Source: the human T2T-CHM13v2.0 reference genome, Homo sapiens
Strand: one strand, 5' to 3'
Length of the DNA stretch: 64,000 bases
Assembly: GCF_009914755.1 (NCBI RefSeq)
Contig: NC_060928.1
Within the stretch, counting starts at the first letter, position 1. Each line of letters begins with the position of its first letter. The position numbers and the translations under genes are program-made. The notes below the pieces were generated by a model. The model was not told the DNA's origin. It worked only from the letters and a program-made list of their open reading frames with translations, and made no database searches. This document shows positions 1 to 15,077 of this stretch, piece after piece.

Positions 1-288
1 TAGATCACCACATCCAGACAATGAAATCCCAGAACTCTCATTCCTTATGATTCCTTCCTTACCTCTCCCCAATTCCTATTTTCCTTCATTTAGTTATATT
101 TCTTCCCAGCTATATAAACCCTCATTTTTAGCTGGGACAACAGAGCATTTTGTGACTTATCTCCCTTTCTCTTCAGCTTCAGCACCTGAATAAAGACTTC
201 TTCCATGGCAATATTGGTTGTCTAAATGATTGGCCTTCTGTGTGGTGAGCAAGGGGTCCAAACTGACCCTCTGGCATTTTGTTTAACA
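1..288 (+). mobile_element. 3' part of ERV1-class LTR (MER50-like)
   Basis: TATA-like tatataaa (~111), AATAAA (~189), then U5-like ...gattggccttctgtgtggtgagc...ggcattttgtttaaca ending in CA, typical of MER4-group LTR ends. Confidence 0.6.
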
Positions 289-1087
289 GATCTGTTCCTT
301 TAGATTGTCTCTTTATCTAAAAGTCTTGAAATTTGCTTTTCAAACTCTCAATTACAAACATCTCTGCCCTCATCATTCTCTTTCTTGAGCAAAGTACTCA
401 CTTGCTCACTTTCTCAAAAGTTCTTAACACAGGCATGCCCCAAACAATTGGCCTTTTTTGGTCAGAAGTTACCAAGAGTGACCATATCATTTGGAATATG
501 TGACTTCTTGAATTCCCACATCTTCTTTACATCATTTTTTGTGACTTTCAATTTTAATCACCAAAGAACCAGATGACAACTAGGATCACATTGGCATTTT
601 TATATTAAGATTTCAAGAGGTTTTTATGTACAACTTTTATCATACAACTTCATGCATAGAAGTAGAATACCTATTGCTCTCATGTTTCTATATTTTTATC
701 TTTTTCTTCAAATTTGGAAGTGTTTTTATATGGATTTTTGCATTTATGCATTTAGCATATAATTTGTCATCAAAGATATTTCTTTTTTTCACTAATCTAG
801 AAAATTACTTTAATGCACATATTAACATAAAGCCAGTTAAGCAATATAAGCATATTTCAGCAATTAAAAATAAATCTGTGAATTTCTCCTTTTTGATATA
901 ATAATAATACATAAGTTTTTTATAGTAAAATCATAATTATGACTTCATTATTGTTATACCAGTAAAATGAAGTTTTAATTAATAAAAAATTGAAAATGGG
1001 AAAAACAAATCACTTATTCTAGGCTTACTTTAGTCTTCATTGAGAAAAATTAAGTGTTTGTATAAAAATACATCTTTATCTTTGTTT

Positions 1088-1168
1088 TTGGAGCAAGAAG
1101 GACTCTCATTTATTGGTAGCGGGAATGCAACATGGTACAAACACTTTGGAAGATAGTTTAGCAGTTTC
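1088..1168 (+). mobile_element. Old L1M 3' fragment
   Basis: ggactctcatttattggtagcgggaatgcaacatggtacaaacactttggaagatagtttagcagtttct matches the L1 ORF2-end motif. Confidence 0.6.
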
Positions 1169-4100
1169 TTTTATTTATTTATTTCATTTATATATTTTTT
1201 CCTGTACATGAATAAGTTCTTTAGTGGAGATTTTTAAAATTTGGTACACCCATCATCTGAGCAGTGTACACAGTACCCCATGTGTAGTGTTTTATTCCTC
1301 ACCCCACCCCTTTTCCCCTGAGTTCCCAAAGTTCTTTGTATCGTTCTTATGCCTTTGTATCTTCACAGTTTAGCTACCACTTATGAGTGAGAACATACGA
1401 TGCTTGATTTCTAATCCTAAGTTACTTCACTTAGAATAATGGTCTCCAATTTCATCCTGGCTGCTGCAAATGCCATTATTTTGTTCCTTTTTATGGCTGA
1501 GTAATATTCCATTAGATATATATCTATATATATATATATATCTCACATTTTCTATATGTACTTGTTGATTGATGGGCATTTGGACTGGTTCCTTATCTTT
1601 GCACTTGAGAAATGAGATAGCAACACTATAATACTGGGGGACTTCAATACTTTACTGAAAGTACTAGACAGGTCATCAAGACAGAAAGTCCAAAAGTGGG
1701 CTAATGACATGAATAGAAAATTCAAAAAGAAGATATACAAATGGCCAACAAATATATGAAAAATTCTCAACATCACTACTGATCAGGGAAATGCAAATCA
1801 AAACCACAATGCAATACCTCCTTACTCCTGCAAGAATGACCATAATAAAAAATAAATAGATGTCGGTGTGGATGTGGTGAAAAGAAAACACTTTTACACT
1901 GTTGGTGGGAATGTAAACTAGCAAAACAACTGTGGAAAACAGTGTGGAGATTCCTTAAAGAAGTAAAAGTAGATCTACCATTTGATCCAGCAATCTCACT
2001 CCTGGAATTTCCCAGAGGAAAATAAGTCATTATATGAAAAAGATACTTTCACACGTGTGTTTATAGCAGCAAAATTCTCAAGTTTTATGAATTTGGGAGC
2101 TCCAGTACTAGGTGCATATATACTTAGAATTGTCATATTTTCCTGTTGGACAAGTCTTTTTATCACCCTATAACGTCCCCTTTTGTCTTTTTAATGGCTG
2201 TTGCTTTAAAGTTTGTTTTGTCTGACATAAGAACAGCTATTCCTGCTTGGTTCTGGTGTCCGTTTGCATGAAATATCTTTTTCTACCCCTTTACCTTAAG
2301 TTTATGTGAGCGCTTATGTGTCAGTAAGTCTCTTGAAGACAGCAGATACTTGGTTGGTAAATTTTTATCCATTCTGCCATTCTGCATCTTTTAAATAGAG
2401 CATTTAGGCCATTTATGTTAAATGTTAGTATTGAGAATGTGAGGTACTATTCTATTCACCATGCTATTTCTTGCCTAAATACCTTTTATTATTGTGTTAT
2501 TGTTTTACAGGTCTTGTGAGATTTATCCTTTAAGGAGATTCTATTTTGCTATATTTTGAGGATTTGTTTCAAGATTTAGAGCTTCTTTTAGCAGTTCCTG
2601 CAGTGCTAGCTTGGTAGTGGCAAATTCTCTCAGCATTGTCTGAAAAAGACAAAGAAAATCTGCTAAGAAATCCACTGTAAATCTGGTAGGTTTTCCTTTA
2701 TAGGTTATCTGATGCTTTTGCCTCACAGCTTTTAAGATTCTCCTCTTCATCTTGATTTTAGAGAACCTGATGACTCTGTGCCAAGATGATGATCTTTTTG
2801 TGATGCGTTTCCCATATGTTCTTTGAGATTTCTTGTACTCAGATGTCTAGATCTCTAGCAAGACTGGGGAAGTTTATTTGATTAGTCCCTCAGATATGTT
2901 CTCCAAGCTTTTAGATATCTCTTCTTCCACAGAAACACCAATTATTCTTAGATTTGGTCATTTAACATAATCCCAAACTTCTTGGAGGCTTTGTTCATTT
3001 TTTTTTCAATTCTTTTTTGTCTTTGTTGGATTGGGTTAATTCAAAGCCTTATATTTGAACTCTGAAGTTCTTCCTTCTACTTGTTCAGTTCAATTGCTGA
3101 CGCTTTCCTGCACATTTTGCATTTCTCTAAGTGTGTCCTTCATTTCCAGAAATTGTGATTTTTATTTATGCTATCTATTTCACTGGAGATTTTTCCATTC
3201 ATATCGTGTCATTTTTTTTTAAATTTCTTTAAGCTGGACTTCACCTTTCTCTGGCACCTCCTTTATTAGGTTAATAATCAACCTTCTGAATTCTTTTTCT
3301 GGCAATTCAGACAGTTTTACCTTGGTTTTGATCTATTGCTGGTGAAATAGTGTGATCTTTTGAGAGCATTAAAGAACCTTATTTTGTCATATTACCAGAC
3401 TTGTTTTTCTGGTTCCTCTCATTTGGGTAGACTGTGTCAGCAGGAAGATCTGGGGCTCAAGGACTGCTGTTCAGACTCTTGTCCAACATTGTGTTCCCTT
3501 GATTTGGTACTCTCCTCTTCCCCTAGAGATGGGGCTTTCTGAGATCCGAACTGCAGTGATTTTTACTTCTCTTCTGGATCGAGACACCCAGCAGAGTTAC
3601 TGGGCTTCAGGCCAGCACTGAGGAGTGTCTGCAAAGAGTCCTGTAATGTGATCCATCTTCAGGTCTCTCAGCAGTGGATACCAACACCTGCCCCGGTGGA
3701 GGTAGCAGGGGAGTGAATTGGACTCTCTGAGGGACCTTGGTTATATTTTTGATAAGTACACTGGTTTTGTGTTGGTTTGCCTCCAGCCAGGAGGTGGCAC
3801 TTTAAAGAACATATAAGCTACAGTAGTATGGGGGGATACAAGCTTGCCCTATGGTCAGGTGGTGGATGGGGCGATAGAGCTCCCAAGAGGTTATGTCCTT
3901 TATCTTTGGCTACCAGGGCAGGTAGAGAAGAATCATCAGGTGGAGGCAGGGTTAAGCGTGCCTGAGCTCAGACTCTCCTTGGATAAGGCTTGCTGCGACT
4001 GCTGCAGGGGATGGAGATATGGGCCCCAAGCCAATGGAGTTATGTTCCCAGGGGCATTAAAGCTTCATCTGCTGTATCACACAGGTCTTCAGGGAAGAAG

Positions 4101-4466
4101 GGGAAAGCTGGAAGCCATCGACCTTTCCACACAGCCCAAAAGGCTGGTCTCACTCCCAGCGTGCCCCTCACTCAATAGCACTGAGTTTATTTCCAGGTAG
4201 CAGGTAAGCAGAGCTGAGAACTTTCCCCAGGCTACAAGCCTCCCAGCTGAGAAAGCAAGCTGATGCATAGCTCCTTGGCTTTCCCACAGAGCCTATAGTG
4301 GCAATCCTCCTTCAAAGGGTCTGTGGGTCTTCTCAGATTTCCTGGTATGTACATGTGGTAGTTCTTAAAGCAAAAGTTCATAATGTGAGTCTCCACCTGC
4401 TGCTCTGTCCATCCGAGTAAGAGCTGCAAGTTAGTCCTGCCACCTATCTGCCATTTTTACCTCTCT
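1169..4466 (-). mobile_element. L1PB-like LINE-1 (3' end to 5'UTR) with internal inversion (1603-2083) and large ORF2 deletion
   Basis: T-rich tail and L1PB 3'UTR at ~1170-1600; + strand ORF2 pieces 1604-2077; minus ORF2 5' end and ORF1 (ORF 2541..2750 RILKAVRQKHQITYKGKPTR); GC-richer 5'UTR to ~4460 ending (rc) gagaggtaaaaatggcagatagg. Confidence 0.85.
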
Positions 4467-6160
4467 GTCATTAAAGCTATTTCTAAGTATTTCCCTTTAT
4501 TATCTGAAATTCCATTAGCACACTCTCTTGATCACATTTGTTAGTTTATTTCCATTCATATTCTTATATATATGATTAGGAACAAAATATATATCATATG
4601 CCCATCTCCCTAGTATTTATTATTTTAATGCTCTGTGTCATGATCCAGCAAAAACAAAATATTATTTTTATACAATTAATGCACAATTAACTGTTCACAT
4701 TCTACACCTTGTATTTAATGAAATAATAATTGCTAGCTGTGAGAAAAGAGAAGACATTTAACCTCAAATATTTCAGCTTTTTGCAATAAAATCCTAGGAA
4801 TTGTAGTTATATTACAGGTTTCTTGTGACTACATAAGTCATTCCTAGAAACTTCAGTTTATCAGTTACAAAGATTTTTACTAAAATTAGTAAAAGACACA
4901 ATTTAAAAGGGCTTAAATTAAGAATGTATTTGTTATTTCACATGAGAAGGGATCTAGAGATTGGGTGATTCCAGAAATGATTTCCAACATATGGAAAGCA
5001 GCAGCCAAACTCAATATGCCTTCTTTGGTATATAGAATTAAACCCAGAATTTACTAATCCTGGCCACAGATAGGTGCTTTCATAGATTTCACATTCCTAG
5101 ACAATTTCATCCAAAGATAGGAGGGGGTATTATAATTGTATATTTTGTGTTTTTTTAAATCAACTTACTGAAATTATTCTTAGGTAAATACTTATTCATA
5201 AGCAGAAAGGGTTGCTCCACTTTCTGTATTAAGAGGAGACAGGCACTATGAGTGAGAAAGACACGAGTCTAGCTGTTCAATAGGCAACCAATAACATTAT
5301 TTTTCATAGTCTCTTTATAATTTCTTTGAAACATACTCTAGAAAGGTAGCATATATCCCAACAGAAAATGATTGCAACATATATGTGCATTAACAGAGAG
5401 TCACCAATTAATTATTGCAAGCATTATTTATTTTGCCTGTAACATTGCACTTGAATTTTGGCTGAAATTTTAATTTTTTCTCTTTCAATTGTTCTTAAAC
5501 TTTTGTGTGATCTTAGTATACTTTATGTTATTTATTAAATTTATTACTTGAAGAAAAAAGTGCCTGTAAATATTAACAGAAAATTTCACACACCATTTGA
5601 GATAATTGGTTCTACTGTTGAATCTCATCTGTTTATCCTTGGATGTCAATTTAATATGTATCTTCCATGGAGGCAATGATGTAGTTTGTAAATACCTCAG
5701 AACACACTCTATAATATAATTCCACAGGCTGTGTTTACTATTCAGTATGCTCAAGGTTTTGGAATTCATCTTAACCTGTGCTTCTGGTTGCCTTGCACAA
5801 TGACTTTCAAACCTTTCTGTGCTAGATTCTTCTGCTAGTACTCCGCTTCCTTCCTTACTTCCTTCTATGCTCCAACTGTCCTCTCCCATATCTCATGGGC
5901 CTAAAAATAAAACGTGTCATTTTCCAGACATCTTTGGATCAAGGAAACAGCTTTTCTGTAGGTTCCTGTAATGAAAAATACTTACATTATTTTGTAAGGT
6001 AGAAATAGCAAAAAATAAAATAAAAATGATACCACGCTAAAATGTTGATGTACATGAATGTTTGAAGCAAGCCAGCCTTACATTGCACTATTCACTTACA
6101 AGGTTCAAGAGCAAAGAGTTGCTATGGCAGAAACAGTAAGGTAATGGGATGTGGCAGCTG

Positions 6161-7472
6161 TTTATTTTTTAATTTTTATTTTCATGGATTTAAGAGGTAC
6201 AAGTGTCATTTTGTTCCATGGATATATTGTGTAATGGTGAAGTCTGGGCTTCTAGTATAGCCATTGCCCAAATAATGCACATTGTACCTGTTAAGTAATT
6301 TATCATCCCTCCTCACTGGGCTTACAAGTTTCCAATGTCTATTATTCCCCAGTCCATGTCTGCTTGTACACATTATTTAGCTCCCATTTATAAGTGAGAA
6401 CATGCGGTATTTGACTTTCTCTTTCTAAGCTATTACATTTAAGATAATGCCCTCCAGTTCCATCATTTTGCTTCAAAAGATATGATTTCATTCTTTTTCA
6501 TGGCTGAGTAGTATTCCATTGTATATGTAGACCTATTTTAAGTTCTTCAAAAAATCTTCATGTTGTTTTTCACAAAGGTTGCACTAATTTACATTCCCAC
6601 CAAAAGCATGTAGTGGTTGTATTTCCTCCACATCCTCACCAATACATTATTTTTTGAATTTTTAATAATAGCAGTTCTAATTAGTCTAACGTAGTATCTC
6701 ATTGTAGTTTTATTTTGCATTTCTCTGGTGATTAGTGATGTTGAGAATTTTTTCATATGATTGTTGACCATTCTTGTATCTCCTTTTGCCTACTTTTTTA
6801 TGGTGTTATTTTGTTGTTGTTGTTGTTGTTACTAAGTTGTTTGATTTTCTTGTAGATTCTGGATATTAGTCCTTTGTCAGGCACACAGCTTGCAAATATT
6901 TTCTCCCATTCTGCACGTTGTCTGTTTGCTTTAATATTTATTTTGCTGCACTGCAGCCTTTTTGCTTATAAAAGTCCCATTTCTCTATTTTTGTTTTTGT
7001 TGTGCTTGCTTCTGTGACCTTAGTCATTAATTATTTGCCTAGACCAATGTCCAGAAATGATTTCCTTAGTTTTTTTTTCAAGAATTTTTATACTCTCAGC
7101 TTTTACACTTAAGTCTTTAATACATCTTGTGTTAATTTTTATATGTGGTAAGAGATAAGGAACCAGTTTCATTCTTCTGCATGTAGAAATCCAATTTTCT
7201 AAGCACCCTTTATTGAATAGTATGTCCTTTTTCAGTGTATGTTTTTGTCAACTTTGTCAAAGATCAGTTGGCTGTAGGTATGTGGTTTTATTTCTGGATT
7301 CTTTATCCTATTCCTTTGTTTTGTATGTCTGTGTTTATACCAGTACTATGATGTTTTGCTTATTATAGCCATGTAGTATATTTTGAAGTCAAGTAGTATG
7401 ATGCTTCTGGCTTCACTCTTTTTGCTTAGGATTGCTTTGGCTACTTAGGGCTTTTTTTTATTGTTCCATATT
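6161..7472 (-). mobile_element. L1MA-like 3' fragment
   Basis: Poly-T tail then catggatttaagaggtacaagtg L1MA 3'UTR; ORF 6589..6771 (HMKKFSTSLITREMQNKTTMRY) is ORF2 C-terminus. Confidence 0.85.
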
Positions 7473-10069
7473 TCTTACTTCTAGATTGGAAGGCCTGTGA
7501 GGTTATTTTGATGTAGAAATCTATTTTTTCTTCTTCCAACCCTTGTTTCCATTCTTCTAGACTTTTTGATAATTTTGTAAGTATTTATTTTTTATGTTAA
7601 ATCCCTTCTTTATATACAAGTAGAATTTTTCGCTTTACCTCCTGGACTTTAACTACAAAAGTAAGAACCTGTCATCCTTAAACGCCAATAGTAAAGTTTC
7701 TGAGAATATACCTTAGAGAATGAATAAATTTTCCAATTCTTAATGTAGTCATAAATAAAATTAAATAACTTTGATCTTAAACCTTCTGTATCACAAGTCA
7801 TCTTACTACCACCTTTAGCAGATACAAGCTTACATCAAGTGAAGAAATGAAGCAAAATAAAAAGAGGGCTCCAGAAAAAAAAAATGATGATGATAAAGAC
7901 AAACCTCTGTATTCTAAAATTAAAAGAATTGCTTTAGGAAAAAATAACAGGTATCTGAAAAATGCAAAGATAAGCTAGAGTGGAGTGAGAGTTAACTGAA
8001 AATTTTTTAAAAAACAAAATTTAGATGGTAGTATATGTTTTCTAAAAAATACAAATAAAGCGTAATACATATTTTCTGATATTTGGAGCTGAAAGTATTC
8101 AATCTCCACGTCTGGGCTATGATCAAAATGTTTCAAGATAAAATGTGGGTTCAAGAAAACACCCGTTAAATTTTCAGAGAAAATATATTACCAAATCTCA
8201 TTCTCAACAGCTAAGATGATTATAAATTTGGTTTCGAAGATTTTTTTTTCTTTTTGTTGTAAGCATGCATTGTTCCTTCTTCTGTTAATTGAATCTGCAC
8301 TTCTACTGTGGAAACCACCCATTCTCCTTCCCAGCTCATGTGAGTGAAATGTACCAAGTTCACTGGATACAAGACCGGACAGGTGGCCAGAGCTTTTTAG
8401 AGAACTTACTGAAATTTCTTAGACATGCACACGCAGTGGAAGATTGTCTCATGACACAGAACAATAAAATTCTTCGAGTTGTTCCACTTATTTGTGAATT
8501 TTACATGTGACATTTGAAGTTGAGGTTGCTAGTTTAAACATGTTGAGGAATCAATACTGAAATAAACAATGATCCATAATGAAAAAAAAAAACTACCTGA
8601 CTCTAACTTAGTGTGAAGTAATTTCAGTTTCTGTGTAGTCTTTGATGTATAGATACTTAAGTTCGTTGCAGTGATTTATTACTTATAATAAAAAAAATCT
8701 TGACTAATACATGTGGTTTCAAATGATTATGAACAACAGGGAGAGCTCTATATTTTGAATATAACTGAACACAGGAGTGGGTGTTGCAAACAAATTGAAA
8801 CAGGGAAGAGAAAGAGAAAAATTTTCTGCTCAACATGTTCATGTCAGGTAGTTTTCACATTCTGAAGAGAAGGATACCATCCTCCACTTGTTTCTTAATG
8901 TGATCATTAGAGCTCAGAAAGAGTACGCAGAAGTAAAATTCAAACTTGGGTTTTCCAGATTTCAAATACCACATGATTTTAACATTGACATTTATTATGA
9001 CTAAATCGCCTTGGTAATTCTACACAAAGTCTGAGAAAATTTGGTGTCTTCAAAGTTGGTTAGAATACAGTTTCTCGCTTTATGACTTCTATTGAGGAAA
9101 AATAATATTTTTCATTAGCACTGAGTATAAATTTCTATCACATAACAGGTTCAAAATAATGTAACGCTTGTAAATTCATTAGCAGGTGAATTTTATATAT
9201 GTTATATAATGATCATGCAAGCTATAATTTGCATAATGATTAACATTATAGTATAAATACTCAAATAGTTTATAACATAAACTAAATCTGAGGGAGATTA
9301 TTACTTTTCATACTAAAATTTTATATTTAAAAAACTAAAAATTTTTGTTATTATTTTCTCTAGAGTAAGTTTGCTTCTTTTCCCACTTCTCTTGTGATAG
9401 ATAATGGGTAGGAAATGATTCAGCTCCTAGAGAAATATAATTTATGGTTGTATAGATATATTCTAAGTAAGCCAACAGCAGTGGATATCTATGATGTCTC
9501 AGAGAAGTTTCTCGATCTGGAATAGTACTCATTTTAAATGTAAAGCATGCTACAAAATATGTCTCAGAAAAATGAAATATTATTGATCAAAATAAGAACA
9601 CCCTTTATAATAAAATGCAGAAGCCCAAAGAAATGCATTTGGGCAATGCTCTTAAGATGTTCTAAAGAAAAAATAAATTATTAGTTCTTACTGTAAACGG
9701 AAAGTGAAGAGGAGATGACAGTAAATCTCATTCCTAAATCATCTACCTCAAGCTATACACTAAATGACTGTGTAGAATAATTTGAGGTATGTTAAAATAT
9801 TGGAAGAATAAAAATGTCAGATTGAGTAAAAGTCTCTTGACAGGTGATTCCTTGGAGAAAATCCAGAAATGAATTTTTGGAAGCATATCTTAATGTAATA
9901 TTCTCCTTTTACAGTAGCAAATAAGTAAACAGCTCTGTTGTAATTAAGATAACTATACTATGCAATGCAAAAATAAAACACTAAGCTAAATGATAGTTCC
10001 TATCTTATTTAAAGCCCCAAATCTTTCAGATTTCTCTCCAGGACATATGAATATTCCTTGATGTGAATA

Positions 10070-11760
10070 ATCAAAACAATCTTGGAAAGGTACAAAGTTC
10101 AAGGACTTACATTACTTGACTTCAATTCTTACTATAAAAATAAAAACTAAAGATATAAATACCTTACAATATTCAAAATGGTTAGAAAATAGATCAGTAA
10201 GACATAACAGATGTTTTAGGGGTATAACCATACTGAAACTATAAATTGATAATTCAATTTTCAAAAAAAATACTACATAATTCGTTGTGAAAAGGAAAGA
10301 CTATTAAAGTAAGAGTCACTAACCAACTGGAAAAAAATGTAGAAATAATGAACATTAAATTTGATCTCATACTCTACTCATAAATTTGTTCAAGGCTTTA
10401 AATACAGAAATGGAGAAAGGGTCGGATGTGGTGGCTCACATTTATAAAACCAACAGTTTGGGAGACCAAGGTGAGAGTATCACTTGAGGTCAGGAGTTCA
10501 AGAACAGCCTGGCCAACATGGAGAAACCCCGTCTCTATTAAAAAATACAAAAATAAGCCGAGCGTGGTGGTGCATGCCTGTAGTCCCAGCTATTTTGGAG
10601 GCTTGGGCAGGAGAATCACTTGAACTCTGGAGGCTGTGGTTGCAGGGAGCCGATATCATGCCACAGCACTCCGTCTCCAAAAAAAGGAGAAAATAAATGT
10701 ATAAATGTTCTTAAATTTATACAAAAATCTAGAAGAATTGTTTTGAAACCTAATAGTAAGCTCTTGTTTCTTGGATAGAATGTCACAAAAAAACAAATAA
10801 TGTATTAGAATTCATTATCATTAAAGGCTTTTTAGATGTAAGAAAGTAAGCAATTCACAGATTAAGAGAATATTTTGTCATGTATTTGTAGGCATTGTAT
10901 GTATGCATATAATGTACGTATATGTGTCCGTGTGTATATATGTGAAACATATATACATACATATGAATATTTCTCATAAAAGATCTAAGATCTATTTTAA
11001 AAGATAAGAAACTTCTACGCTCAATAAAAACACAAAGTGTCCTTGAAAGTTAGGCCAATTGAACACTTTTCAAAACAAAACAAAATAAAACAAAAAAACC
11101 GTGTAAATGGCCAGTAAGGACATTTAAAAAGTGTTCCACATTAGTCATTAAGGGAATGCATATTTAAACAATGATATATCAGTATATCGTTGCTAAAATA
11201 GCTAAAGGTTTTTTATGAAACCATCAAAATAAAATACTGATGAGGAAATGAATCTCTTGGAACTGTCATACATTTTTAGTAGGAGAACAAATTATAATTT
11301 GACGATTTCTTGCAATACTAAATATACATTCATTCTAGAAAGCAGCAATTGAACTTAGATATTTACCAAAGCCTATAGGAGTATTTATGTCATCTTAATT
11401 CATAAGAGAGAAAAACTAGAATGTTCATCAACAGAAGAATAAATAAACGTGACGTAGTCACACAATGAAGATAATTGGTCATGAATAAAAATGATCAACT
11501 GATAGATATTACAACATATTTATCACACATATTATACTGAAGTTTTAAGGAAAATGAACACAAAAGAGTGCATATAGTTTGATATCATGTACATAAAATC
11601 TACAATGGTTAAAAATAATCAGTGATATAAAAATTGGTAAAATATTGTAGAGGAGTTCATGAGGCCGGGAATTCACTGGAAAAGGAGACAAACAAAATAT
11701 AATTCAAATTGTACACTTAAGATTATTGAATTTCACTGTATGTATATATTGCTTTCTTAA
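10070..11760 (+). mobile_element. Highly decayed L1M (L1ME-like) ORF2 end/3'UTR, interrupted by Alu
   Basis: Recognisable L1 blocks: acttacattacttgacttcaattcttactataaa, aatggccagtaaggacatttaaaaagtgttccacattagtcattaagggaatgca, ttgtacacttaagattattgaatttcactgtatg. Confidence 0.6.
10420..10693 (+). mobile_element. Alu (old, J/S) with ~25 bp deletion near 3' end
   Basis: Dimeric Alu with A-rich linker; ...cacagcactcc|gtctccaaaa lacks agcctgggcgacagagcgaga, joined at ctcc microhomology. Confidence 0.9.
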
Positions 11761-11809
11761 CAAAGACCTATAAACCAACATCACATATGCACAATGTTGT
11801 GCATTTGCA

Positions 11810-11970
11810 TTTTTTTTCTTTCTAAGACAGGATCTTTCTCTGTCACCCAGGCTGGAGTGCAGTGGGGTCATCCTACCTCACCGTAGCTTCTAGCTCCTGG
11901 GCTCAAGAGATCCTCTCACCTCAGACACCCAAATAGCTGGGACTTCAGGCATGCACTAGTGCACTCAGTC
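11810..11970 (-). mobile_element. Alu right monomer (FRAM or truncated AluJ)
   Basis: T-tail + gacaggatctttctctgtcacccaggctggagtgcagtgg...ctcctgggctcaagagatcc; no left arm. Confidence 0.8.
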
Positions 11971-12032
11971 CTGTTAGCATTTTTGAAACTGCTTTCAATA
12001 TCTTTTGTCATAAGCACATGAGTAGAATTTTA

Positions 12033-14809
<2,777 letters not shown>

Positions 14810-15077
14810 GCACATGAGTAGAATTTTAAGGAAAATACGAGTTCATTATCTGACTATGAGGGAAGTACAGAATTAGAAGTACTGGAAGCTAGAATAGACC
14901 CTGAGCTATTAGAATTGCACTACACAATTATGGAATCCTGGTTATTGATATAGAAAGGTAAATATATAAATAGATAATAAAAATGAGTGTATGTATATAT
15001 ACATGTATAGATATGATGATATAGATAAAGCCACAAAGACAAAGATACACAATAAGAAATATACATAAAATATAAGC

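Noticed and set aside
5485-5889. 134-aa minus-strand ORF
   Set aside because: No recognisable domain, low-complexity AT-rich C-terminal half, and partly overlaps probable decayed LTR sequence.
5720-7660. Possible ERVL LTR split by the L1MA
   Set aside because: Too decayed to assign family or boundaries by eye.
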